A DNA stretch of 64,000 bases from Eledone cirrhosa (Eukaryota). The position numbers and the translations under genes are program-made. Below the pieces are notes generated by a model that had not been told where the DNA came from, ran no database searches, and saw nothing but the letters and a program-made list of their open reading frames with translations. The stretch is from contig OZ024741.1 in NCBI GenBank assembly GCA_964016885.1, positions 361,398,001 through 361,462,000 of the forward strand, given 5' to 3'. Position 1 is the first letter of the stretch, and each line of letters opens with the position of its first letter. Of this stretch, positions 49,864-61,452 are shown piece by piece.

Positions 49864-52800
49864 GTCTTACCTGTCGCTTTAAAGAAACAAGTTCTGCATC
49901 TAACGACTTTAAGATTTGTTCAGCTTGCTGTAGTGGTCCAGTGAGCATTAACCTGAGGTCATCTTCATTCAAATACATGCCACGTGGAGGCTTTCGTTTA
50001 TGTCGCATAGGATTATGTCGATGCTGGCTATGCTGTTGCTCACGACGCTTCGTAGGTCCAGTACTGGATTTCATTACACCAGTTCGCCTAATATTTTAAT
50101 TTGTAAAAAAATTAATATTTGAAAAAAGAAAACACATACAAAAACAAAAAATATACTTTATTTTACAAATATAATTCCGCCCTTACAAATACAACATTTT
50201 CCACAGAATGACTTCTACGTAATTTCGAAAAATTCAATTGCCAGAGTTAATTCAAGTTTAAGCATTTCTAGAAGAAGATAAAACCACAATTATCAGAATC
50301 ATGAAACATCTAATAATTTAAAAACTATATTAAAAAGTCGCAACTTTCTCACAATGAGTTTCTAAATTAAAACCCTATTCTAGAATAAAAGAAATATATT
50401 TTGGCAGTTTTACCCCCCTCACCACTATATACACATTGTTTTGCTTCACAAACAACTCTAAATAACAGATTAAAAAATCGGTAAAATGTGAAGCTATTTA
50501 AATTTTGTTTAAATGCAGTAATAAAAATTAAGTTGATATTTTGATTTAAGATTAATTAACATGCCACCATCGGTGGTTTCAAATAGTTGATAATACATAT
50601 TCCAAAACCTTAGAACATAGTCATGAAGGAACCATATATCTAATTAAAGCTTTTGGCACTATATATCTAATTTAACCCTTTAGCATTCACATTGAATTGT
50701 CAAATGTCATGTTCATCTATTCGCATTATTTTCACTTAATTATACTCAAGAGGGTTATCAATTTTATTTGTTTGTAATTACTTTAATTTTCTATGTGCAG
50801 ACTTGAAATTTTGTCAGTAGATGTTTAAATAACTATAATTTACAATTATATATTTTTACCTGATTTTTTTTGTTAAATTTGACTTTTATGGGCAGGTGAA
50901 ATTAATTAACAGGTGTAAAAGTAATAACTTTATGGATAAACACAAAAATTTAAACTTTATCTGTTAGATTTGTTGCAAAAAAATCCAATAATGACCTAGA
51001 TGCTGATTTCCATCAATTCTAGCAGTTTTCTGAACAGGTGAATTAATTAAAAATGCAGGTGTAATCAGTACACGGTTTTAGTCTTTCTCTACATTCCAGG
51101 CAAATATTTTCATTGAAAAAAATGTATAAAACCTTTTCACCGGTCAAAATAATATTGGCAATGTACTCTGTAAATGTACGGTGTAAAATTACGTAATAGA
51201 AAGTTCCCAATATATAAGTTTATACACACTTTTAAATTTGTCTGACAATATTTCAATTAATGGTCGTACTTTGTACAGTGGGTCGTAATTTGATTCATTT
51301 CTACCAGGGGCATTTGAAGTATCAACCAGATGCAAATACTGGTTTAATTTAATGAATCTCGTTTTTGCCATAATACTAGATATATAAGGGTCACCAAACC
51401 TTATATCAGTACTCCAATAATTCCACAGTCGTGGAAATTGTTTAATACCAAACATAATATTTATGGTAAAAAACGCTTTCATTTCGGCAGAATCTGTCGG
51501 ACAACATAACAGATCGGGTTTTCCGATATTAGAAATTTGTTGTTGTGCATAGCGATTTGCCACAACTTCGAAGAAAGATTGTGGTAAAATTAAAAAATAA
51601 TAATCCAGTGCTTTAGCATCGGGTGGTAATGTGTGTTGTGGTCCAATATTTTAGTAAAATCCGAAACATGTATCGATGTTGTTTCTTTCAACCACGTTGC
51701 TATTTTTTCAATGGTGTCAGTCAAATCTTCTCTTTCACTTTCAAAGTAACTATCATCATTATCAGATATATCAGAAATAAATATATCTGATTCGTTTGAA
51801 GATAAATCACTGATATTATCTTCTGTTTCTTTTTGATCTCGAATGTCGTCGGACGTAAAACCTTCAAATTCGTTGTCGCTACTTTCGGAAGCCATGTTAC
51901 ACTTTCAACGTTAAAAACACGTGTTATCGCAAGTTCTTTCACTATACTAAGAGTTAATTTTCGCGCGTAAGGGCTTTATCTCGCAGTAATCTCGAATTGA
52001 CGAGATTTCGATGATGTCAATGTTTATTTTTAGAAGGAAATCTCCGTGTGGTATTAAATGTCGGTTTTTGTCGGTTTGAATAAATGAAAGGGGACATAAT
52101 CTTGTCGGTTTTTGTCGCTTTGAATGCTAAAGGGTTAAGCCAATTTACTTAAATCCTGGAGAAGAATTATATCCTTTTCTTACTCTATTTACGGTTTTCA
52201 ATGAATTTTTTAAATAATAAATTTTTTTTTTTTTTCTTATTTTACATTCCATTCTTTCTTCTCAATCAATTTTTTTCTTTTTCTATATATATATTATATT
52301 CCAATAAATGTCTGGATACTGTGTTGATAAAAAAATAATAATAATAATAAAGAATTTGGAGAGATTTAGTGACATAAGTTTTTCAGTTTTAAGCTGGTGT
52401 TTGGAACATAAAAGTTTATTTCATAGAACCAAGGAAAGTTTCAAGCAGCTTGGTGTCAAAAGGGTTAGAAGTTAATTTTTGTATGGCTTGTAATATAACC
52501 AAAGATTGCAACTTACCGCAAATATTGATTGCAACTATTGCACAGAGATCCTTTTGCGGTTGAATGGAGTTGAGAAGAATGCATTCCACAATTTGTACAA
52601 CTTTTGCTATCTTCACCTCGGCTGGTCTGAGTTTTGCATTCAAAATAAAATTTCAAAATTAATATAAGAATAAATAACTAGATTTTATTGCATTATCTAG
52701 TTGATTGTGAAAATTTGCAGTATTAAAGCAAAGATTTTAATTTTGTATGCGATACAATCATAGTGCTGTTTGTATTTTTCAAGAATATTTTGTTATTGTG

Positions 52801-55800
52801 GTTTCATGTGGTACAGGTTGTTAAGAGTTAAGGAAAGAAGAGTGATAACATGGTCTTCTAGCCCATTTGAATTGAATTACTGCATGGTGATAATGTGTAG
52901 CAATAGTTGCAACTGGCATTTCCAGACTGATACCATGTCAGAAAAATAAAATATGGTAGTGCCAGTACTCTGAGAAAATACACCCACTCGACTGTAAGGT
53001 GACAGTGATGGTGTCACGATAAAATGCTCCCAGTATACACTGTAAAGTGGTTGGCATTAGGGAAAGCATGGAACAGTATAAACTTTACCAAAATGAAACC
53101 ACTGAACAAGACATGGTTATCTGACAATCCGTTTGACCCATGTCAACATGGAAAAGTGTAAAATGGTGATGATATCAATTGTGCATCTATGTATGCTTAA
53201 CTCTTTAGCCTTTAAACAGGTCGTATCTGGCCAAAATTCTCTCGTTTTTTTAATTCAAACTGGTTGAAACGGCTGCTTGTACTGATGTTAAGGTATTGTT
53301 CTCAAAATAAATATCAAAATCTCATAGATTCAATATTATGTGAGATAATTATGTAAGGTAAAGCCTTTACCATGAAAATACAATAGTTTATATAGAGTAA
53401 TGTAAATGCTAAAGGGTTAAAGAAGTACACTGGGAGAGAATTATAGCTGTATAACTGCAGAAATAATGGTCAGAATGGAAAACAAAATAAAAAAAGAAAA
53501 AAGAAAATTTTCAAGTAAGGTAGTTTGATAAACTTACCCCATTCTCTTTGTTATTCTCAACATCACTGTCAGAGTTCCTGCTTCCTTCATCTGATGCTCC
53601 ATCACTAATGTAAGGAAGAAAATAACCTCTTGTAAACATCTACCAACAATCAACATAAGTAATGGAAACAATACAGTAAATAAACGCTGTTAGTACAGAA
53701 CTTCAAATAGACATTTTCAATAAGTTGCACTTGACTATTCAGATGTTATCTCCCGAATTAATCTTAAATTACAGCAATTTCTAAAAAACTGATAATCTAA
53801 CAAAATTTAAATTAGCAATAATTAGTTGTTTTAATCAATTATAAGTCCAATTTCAGACCTTGGTGTTATTTTACTACATATAGTATTCAAAGTACAGTTT
53901 TAGAGAACATCTTTTTATGCAATTCCTGAAAACTGATAATCCAGCAAAATTCAAATTATTTCTAATAATTACTTCTTTTAAAAATTATAATGTACTAGCA
54001 GTAACTGTAATAATTCCAGTTATTTTGTAAACTTTAAAATTGTTGGCAGTTTACAAAGAAATATTAAATACCTAATTTCTGAAGGGTTTCATTCTTGAGA
54101 TGGTGTAAAGTCCATATAGGTAGAACTACTCTTAACCCTTTAGCATTTAAACCAGCCATATCTGGCCAGAATTCTCTCACCTCTTTCTGTTCAAATTGAC
54201 TGCTCATATTATATTAAGGTATCGTTCTCAAAATAAATATCAAAATCTCAGATTCAATATTATATGAGATAATTGTGAAATAAAGTGTTTACCATAAAAT
54301 ACAATAATAAATATAGAGTAATGTGAATGCTAAAGGGTTAAGGGAGAATATCTTTAAAAACTGTATTGACCTTCAGAGTTGTCATCTATTGACTTTATCT
54401 TTATGTCAAGTAAACTATTGTAACTATAGAATGAAATAAAAAACAATCTATTTATAATTTTGTTCTGGGTGGTACATTGTGTTATGGAGCAAAATGCTTT
54501 GTTTCATGAAAAAATTACTACTAGCTAGGACTCTTGTACTCTCAGTTGCTTAATGCCAATGAAACCACGGTAAGCTCCAGCATGATGAGCCTCCAACCTT
54601 TACAAGATATATATATCATCATTTTTTCGTCCGTTATTCCACGCTTGCACGAGTTGGATGGGTCCTTTTCAGCATCTCTCCACTTGCCGCGTTCCTTTAT
54701 CATCTCCTCCGAGATCAGCTCTCACCATCACTGTCCAGGTCTTTCTTGGTCTACCTCTACTGCAGCTTCCTTCCACTGGGATTTCGTGGCACCACTTCAG
54801 CCAGCAATCATTTCCATGTGCATCACATGTCCATATTAATGCAGTCTTCTCTCTTGCACACCACCTTAAATTTCTCTTAAATCCAGCTTCTCCCTCAATT
54901 CGTCCAAGCCCTGCCTTTTCTCACACTTACATTACACCTCCAATGAAGCATCGTTGCTACATTTCTCTCCAGTCTAACACAGATGCTATATATCATAATT
55001 TAAAATATTTATGTATCAGTCAATTGTCTTATGAATAATATATATCTAGAATAGATTCTGATTTTGATTTCATTCCATAGTTAAAGCATTTCAGAAACTG
55101 TAGCAGAATGTTCTAGACTATATAAGCACAAAATATTATAAAGAATTTAAAATAAAAACTGGCATATGAATTATTTTGAAAAAAAGAAAAATATGATCAC
55201 CTGTCTCCATCTCTTGGATGTCCAGCAAGTTTTTTAGCCTGGCGATCCATAAGACTGGTTCTTGACCTGGTTTTCTTCCAGGAATAATAATACTTTACTA
55301 AACTAGCAATGGATTTATCTGGAAGCTGAAATATTGTAATTAAGTGTTTAACTTTTCTTTAAAAAAGTTATCAGAATATTTTAAGAATATAAAAATGTAA
55401 TTATATCTTTAATACCCAATAATCTATAATCTATTGAATAACAGGATAATACCACTGAAAGTTTAACCTGTATAGAGCTATGTAGACTGATCCAGTCATG
55501 ACCAATGACACTGTACTCAGCTTTTAATGAGTTAAAGCAATGAGCCAGATTACAGACACTATCAACTCAGCCATCCCACAATTACCAATAACTTAATTCC
55601 TTTAATACAAAAACACCTGAAACCGCTTGTGGTTCTCTGACACTAAACTATTTCTTTTTAAAATGTTCATATTTATCTAAAAACCTTCCACCATAATTTT
55701 ATGTACAAACCTTTGTTAAATTCCTAAATCCATCCAAATCCTAGATTATTTTCGAAATTATTTGAAAATCATACATAGTGCTTTTCATTAGAAATATGGA

Positions 55801-58154
55801 ATTGATAGGGTTAAGCTATCTATGACTGTCCAATATCAACTGAATATAAGAGTAGCTAACAGCTAATTAAAACCCTTTCTTTACAATATTTCTAATGAAA
55901 AACACTGCCTATGATTTTCAAATTAACTTCGAAACAAATCCAGAATTTGAAAGAATTTAGTAAAATAAATAACTTGTTATTAAGCTGGTGTTTTGAAGCA
56001 TTACTAAACGTTCTTACATAAAAGTTTGAGAAAGTTTTGTATCAGAGAATCTGATATCAATGCTTCATAAATTAAGGTTTCTAAAGCAAATTATAGTGAA
56101 ACATAATAAACTGATGTCAATATGTGCACCAGATATGCAATACATTCAAGAATATAATGTGGAAAATATAAGAAATATATTTACCATTTGCCTGATCCTC
56201 TGAAAACTTTTGCCATGGAAGCTAAATGCCTGTTCAAAAAGAACCTTATCTTCAACAGTCCATTCATCAGGAAATGGAGTAAAGTTTGGTAAGTCTGCTA
56301 ATGCTTTCTCAATGTTGTGTTTATGCCAAAACAGCATACCAAGAGCCTGAAAATTACAATGTTAAAATATTAAGGAACTAGCATATTATTATGGGGGAAA
56401 ACCCCAAGAAATATTGGTTTCTCAAATTAAGTGTATAAATTTAATAGTGCTGAACCAGGAAATTACAGGGACTAAAGCACAATATATTTTTTTTAATGTT
56501 TAACCTGAAGGTGAGACAATTCAATAATATACAAGTCATATAAGAATATAGTTTTCTCCCTTATTTCAGCGCGACTATGTTTTTTTGAAAACATTCAGGG
56601 GGGTAATTACAAAACTTGAAGAGTTATGGCACTTAATCGGCCAAGAAATTCAACATTCTTTCAAATAAAATCTGACTTCTCTACAGCACTCTTAACTCCT
56701 CTAAACACACCTGCCTTCTCTACCACACACTGAACTCCTCCAAATACATCTGCGTTTTCTACCACACTGCAGACTCTTATAACAGCCATCTATTTCACTT
56801 CATCCATCTCTCAAATCACTGTCTTTGGTAACTTGAATGTTCTCTCACAACAGTTCTTGGCCCTTATACTCATCTCATGCTTAACCCTTTAGCATTTACA
56901 TTACTCTATATTTACTATTATATTCTCACATAGCTATCTCACATAATATGAATCTATAAGATTTTGATAATATTTATTATGAAAACAATACCATAACATT
57001 AGTATGAGTGGCAAGTTACAGCTGGTTGGAGCAGAAAGGTGAGAGAATTCTGGCCGGTTACAACCGGTTTAAATGCTAAAGGGTTAAACTGAACGTTTTG
57101 CTATCCTCAACAGACTGCTCACTATTGAAAATACTTCATCTAGTTTATCAAGGTGTCCAACCCACGCAAGTATGGAAAAAATGGATGTAATAACGATGAT
57201 GATAATAGACAGTTAACATACTAAATATTATAGCAGTATTACATATTTTATTACAAAAAGACATGGAAACATTTTCTTAAGATTTACATCAAGTATTGAA
57301 GAATATTAGTGTAGCCCTCTTACCTCTGCTTATATAAGTGGAATTGTATTAAAAAATTATTCTAAATTATTTTACTTCAATACAATATGAAAAGAAACAA
57401 AACTATGCAACAGAAGTAGTAACAATACCTGCTCCATGTTATAGCCATGTTTTTCTTTTGCAATAGTAACATAATCATCAACTGCAATATATAGAATAAG
57501 GAATAATTTTTTACATACATCTATCTATCTAGAAAAATAACAGAGCTATGTACTGTATTTTTCAAGATATAAAACATGATCTTATTTGAAATAAATAAGT
57601 GTAGTGTACATGTTAATGTAGTATACATAAGATTACAATTTCTCAGATTTAATCTGAAATATTGTAATCTTATTAACAACTCACTTCAGATATTAATCTA
57701 ACCTAATATTTAACATGAAAATGTGAAAATAAAATATGAAGTTCTAATTTTAACTTCTGCAAATTAGTATAACAAAATAAATACAATAGTTTTTATGTTA
57801 AGATATACAGTATTTATACAGGCCCTTTAACTCTTCCATTACCATATTCTTAATGAAAAACACTGTCTATGATTTTCAAGTCATTTTGAAAATAGGAATT
57901 TGGAGGGATATAGTAATATAGTTAAATTTCTCATTAATTTGATGTTTGGAACATAAAGTCTTTTACATAAAACTATTATGGAAGAGTTTTAGATAAATAT
58001 AAACAATGTTCTATCATAGAACCAGAGATGGTTTCATGTGGTTTAATATAAAAAAAGTTAAAATTAGATATTTGCTACTTACTTCTTGATTCACAGAGAT
58101 CAGCGTTCGGAGCCCAAACAAGCATAGCATCAGTCCGTACATCATTCTTGCCAT
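43225..58154 (-). CDS. RCOR: REST corepressor (CoREST; ELM2-SANT1-GATA-like ZnF-linker/coiled coil-SANT2), 12 coding exons, 5'-partial
   Basis: All exons have AG/GT boundaries and consistent phases: 58083-58154, 57429-57481, 56185-56346, 55201-55325, 53538-53604, 52517-52626, 49871-50087, 48273-48350, 47438-47495, 46625-46827, 44749-44963, 43225-43351. Diagnostic RCOR peptides: [93 protein letters not shown]. Confidence 0.96.
44749..44963 (-). CDS. RCOR: RCOR exon (Pro/Ser-rich C-terminal region, 215 bp)
   Basis: cttcag|ATG GAT ... CCG AG|gtacag; a second in-phase donor lies 6 nt further (exon end 44743). Confidence 0.85.
46625..46827 (-). CDS. RCOR: RCOR exon (SANT2, 203 bp)
   Basis: tttgcag|GT GTT ... 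GAC AAG|gtatca; [45 protein letters not shown]. Confidence 0.95.
47438..47495 (-). CDS. RCOR: RCOR exon (SANT2 start, 58 bp)
   Basis: ttgccag|ACA ... CAG G|gtaagt; [19 protein letters not shown]. Confidence 0.95.
48273..48350 (-). CDS. RCOR: RCOR exon (78 bp)
   Basis: tatttag|GTT ... CCA GAA|gtaatt; [26 protein letters not shown]. Confidence 0.93.
49475..49830 (-). mobile_element. RTE 3' tail copy; near-identical inverse copy at 63733-64000
   Basis: Direct sequence comparison. Confidence 0.88.
49871..50087 (-). CDS. RCOR: RCOR exon (linker/LSD1-binding coiled coil, 217 bp)
   Basis: atattag|G CGA ACT ... CGA CAG|gtaaga; RTGVMKSS...[16 protein letters not shown]...[11 protein letters not shown]. 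Confidence 0.94.
50676..52134 (-). mobile_element. Internally deleted piggyBac DNA transposon
   Basis: TTAA on both sides; 14-bp TIRs CCCTTTAGCATTCA; subterminal tgtcggtttttgtcg twice. Frameshifted transposase N-terminus ([13 protein letters not shown]..., EMKAFF...YWSTD...SIM.KTRF..LNQYLH...[11 protein letters not shown]). Catalytic DDD region absent. Confidence 0.9.
52517..52626 (-). CDS. RCOR: RCOR exon encoding GATA-like C4 zinc finger (110 bp)
   Basis: actcag|ACC ... TTG CG|gtaagt; [37 protein letters not shown]; phase 0 to 2, exactly bridging the flanking exons. The ORF track shows this region in a different frame. Confidence 0.87.
53538..53604 (-). CDS. RCOR: RCOR exon (acidic linker, 67 bp)
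   Basis: cattag|T GAT ... AAT GGG|gtaagt; [22 protein letters not shown]; phase 2 to 0. Confidence 0.85.
55201..55325 (-). CDS. RCOR: RCOR exon (SANT1 end, 125 bp)
   Basis: tttcag|CTT CCA ... GAC AG|gtgatc; [41 protein letters not shown]. Confidence 0.96.
56185..56346 (-). CDS. RCOR: RCOR exon (ELM2 end/SANT1, 162 bp)
   Basis: ttttcag|GCT ... CAA ATG|gtaaat; [54 protein letters not shown]. Confidence 0.97.
57429..57481 (-). CDS. RCOR: RCOR exon (ELM2, 53 bp)
   Basis: ttgcag|TT GAT ... GAG CAG|gtattg; [17 protein letters not shown]. Confidence 0.95.
58083..58154 (-). CDS. RCOR: RCOR exon (ELM2, 72 bp)
   Basis: ttttaag|AT GGC ... AGA A|gtaagt; [23 protein letters not shown]. Confidence 0.9.
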
Positions 58155-60789
58155 CTTAAAAGAAAAACAAAATAAATTATGAAGGGAAAATATTTTAAAA
58201 TCTTGAAGTTCAATTATTCAATTGATGTTAAAGCACTCATTTAAAATATCATTATTGTTAAAAAAGACTCACATAATAAAGAGTTACTTCTATAAAATAA
58301 ATAAAAAAACAATGGAATTAATTGTTCTCTCAGACACACAATGGAATCATCATCATTACTTTACATCCACTTTCCTTGCTGGCATGTATTGGATGGGTTG
58401 TCACACTCTGGAACTAAATGGGTATGAGGACCACACCTAGCTACTACATTCCATTTTGGTGTAGTTTCTAATGCCAACCACTTTAAAAGTGTGTACTGGA
58501 TTCATTTTAACATGTCACTATAATTCAACAACGAAAATATTTGCTATTGAATACTAATAATTCTTTAAAAAATTGCTTTACTACCTATATTACAATGATT
58601 TTACATTGCATATATGAATTGTTGGGGAAAGTACTTTAAAACAAAGTGGTCTTTCCTACAGTTAAGTGTATAATTGTAAAGGGAGGGAAGACAACTAAAG
58701 AAGTCTGCCAATACACTGCTCCAGAACTGATACTTTATTTACTTTGGTAGGATGAAAGACAAAGTAACCTTGGAGGAATTTGAATTCAGAGAGCAGTAAG
58801 CTGAAACAAATGTCAAGACATTTGCTCCAACACCCTACAGCTGCCAATTCGCATGTGCCACCTTAGAGATGATAATGTCTGTAAACATTCTATAAAAACA
58901 AAATCTATATTACTTATGTAGAAGTTTAGAAACCTACATAAAAAGCAACTGAGGAATGGTCTTCATTTCTAAACATTTACAAAATTAGGTGGTTGAATGG
59001 TTAAAGATTGGGTCATAAACAGGTTCAATGATCAAATTCACCTAGTACACTCAGTAAAGTTGGTGATCAAATGTAGATAATATGAGGTAGAGGGAACTCT
59101 TCAGTCTTGTATAAAACAACCTCTCTAGTGCTGGTACCTCAATAAAATACATCCAGTAGACTATAATGAGGTTGGTATTGAGGAAGGGCATCCAACCTTA
59201 GAAACAATGCTAAAATATAGAACATATGAAGAAAACCCAAATATACAACCTATCTTGAACTGTGGTCTATCCAACTCATTTCAATCTAGCTAATTGAAAA
59301 TAAACAAAATTCTGAACTTAAATTCATGTAGTTGGGATTAAATGGTTTACTTAAAGATGGAGTACACACATATAAACAAAGATATAACCTTTTCCTTTAA
59401 CTCTAAACATCCTATAACACATTAAATTGCATTAGTAAAACATACTTGAAAAGTACAAAACAACACTATGACTGTATCACATTGAAATCATTTTGTAAAG
59501 AACTTCAAAGTACTTACACAAGTAAAGATACTATAAACATTTTAATAAAGCTGTTTTTAGATTCTTTCTGCTAGTTACAGGATATCAAGAATTAACATAA
59601 GAAAAGGATAAAGAAAATGAAAACAAAAATATAGTTAACTCTGGTTTTTATCAAGTCAACATTTTAATCATTTCCTTGGTTAACAAGTTATCCCTTTATA
59701 CCAACTTAATGTATTAATTAATTAATGATGTATTAATTAATTAAATGATGAAGCACTGTTAAGGTGAGAGAAAATCTGGGCACAAAATGAATCCATGTAA
59801 CATGCAAGAGAAATGATTGCACAATGCTTATGGATGGTGGTCATAGAAATCTTGGTACTTTTTCACCCTAAGTAAAAAGAAACCATGGAAGAGGAAACCC
59901 AAGAAAAATGATCTCAAGAAACTACATTTCACAAAGACGATGATAAAAAAAAAAGAAACAAATGGAGAGGACTCATAAAATCAATGGTGGAAGTAGAACA
60001 TTAACCCTTTAGCATTTAAACAGACCACATCCAGCCAGAATTCTCTCATTTCTTTCTGTCCAAACCAGTTGTAACCAACTGCTCAAACTGATGTTAAGGT
60101 ATTGTTCTCAAAATAAATAATATCAAAATCTCATAGATTCGATATTATGTGAGATAATTATGTGAGGTAAAGCTTTTACCATGAAAATATAATAGTAAAT
60201 ATAGAGTAATTTATATACCAAACTACCTGAAACAGACCCTGGTTCTATGATACAAAACTATTTATTTTAAAATGTTTCTATTCATCTGAAAACCTTCAAT
60301 CATAATTTTATGTAAGAACCTTTAATTTATGTTCTAAAAACCAATTAATAATGACAAAGTTAGTTATATTTATATATCCATCTAAATTTTTTATTATTTT
60401 CAACATGATTTGAAAATCATAGATAGTGTTTATTATTAGATATATGGTAATGCAATAAACGAAAAACAATTGACAATATAAAGAATAATATAATTGAGGA
60501 AAATAGATGCCAATCTGGTTTCATTCAACAGCACAAAGATGCGATCACTCTACATAGTCTATGACAAACAGCCTCCCTAGCACTGGGCGTACCCACTACA
60601 GTCTGTGGGGTGAAAAGGTTTGAGAAGACTCTTCAGTCATGATACAACAAGCTTTCAAGTGCTGGTGCCATGAAAAATGCACCCAGTACACTGTGTAAGG
60701 TGTCGGATGATAACTGCAGAAGCCATGTCAAAAAAGACTCAAGAAGACTTCAGCTTTCTCATGTTTATTAATTCACATTGTCTTCGTCA

Positions 60790-61452
60790 ACATCCAAAAC
60801 ATAAACATACCGACCATAATTAGATATGGAATGATACGCGATGCCCCCCCCCCCCCCCCCCGGCGGTCATAATGGAGAAGGCGTTTCTTCGGAGGACAGC
60901 AAGGGAGACGTGCTGGAAAAAGCACTCCAACTCGCGGGGCTCACACCTGCGGCTGGCCAGCTCAGTGCCTATGGTGGTGAGTAGGGAGGTAGCCCTTGGG
61001 CCGAGGACACCAGAAGTATCCACTGCCAGAGGTATGACCGCAAACCTGTCGGAGAGCGACCGGTATTTGAGGAGTTTAGCTTCCTCAGCCTGACGTGCAA
61101 CAGAACCTGGGTTAATCGCAGACGGCACCAGGTTGCGGCTGCAGAAAGTGTCGGTGCAAGTGGCATTCCAGATAAGGGGTTTGCCACTGCGGAACGGGAA
61201 GATGGTCATGCCATCTGGCCTTTTGCCGTCCCCTCGGTCCAGCCCCACTGGCTCGAGCTGGAAAGGGAAACCTGCAGCGTCCAAGCAATGCTTTATGACC
61301 TCGTTGAGGGCAGTATGGCGTGGAAGGCGACCGGCACTGAGGCAACAGGAAAGCGGGTGGAGGCCGAAAGGGTCCACGGTGGATCCACAGTGACATTGGT
61401 GTGGCTCGCAGATCCGGAGGCCGGGCTTCAAGGAAACGCTGATGCGCAGGCT
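60790..61452 (-). mobile_element. 5'-truncated second copy of the CRE-clade LINE (RLE domain)
   Basis: Closely similar to 4081-4712; ORF 60820-61503 ends HRVSFHI*. Confidence 0.88.

Noticed and set aside
51190-51960. CSB-PGBD3-style RCOR-piggyBac fusion (the transposase is co-oriented in the intron after the zinc-finger exon)
   Set aside because: Splicing to the plausible upstream AGs either misses the transposase frame or meets an in-frame TAA before the ATG. The transposase is also frameshifted and lacks its catalytic domain.
52416-52643. ORF-track peptide [10 protein letters not shown]...
   Set aside because: Wrong frame; the splice-compatible frame encodes the zinc finger
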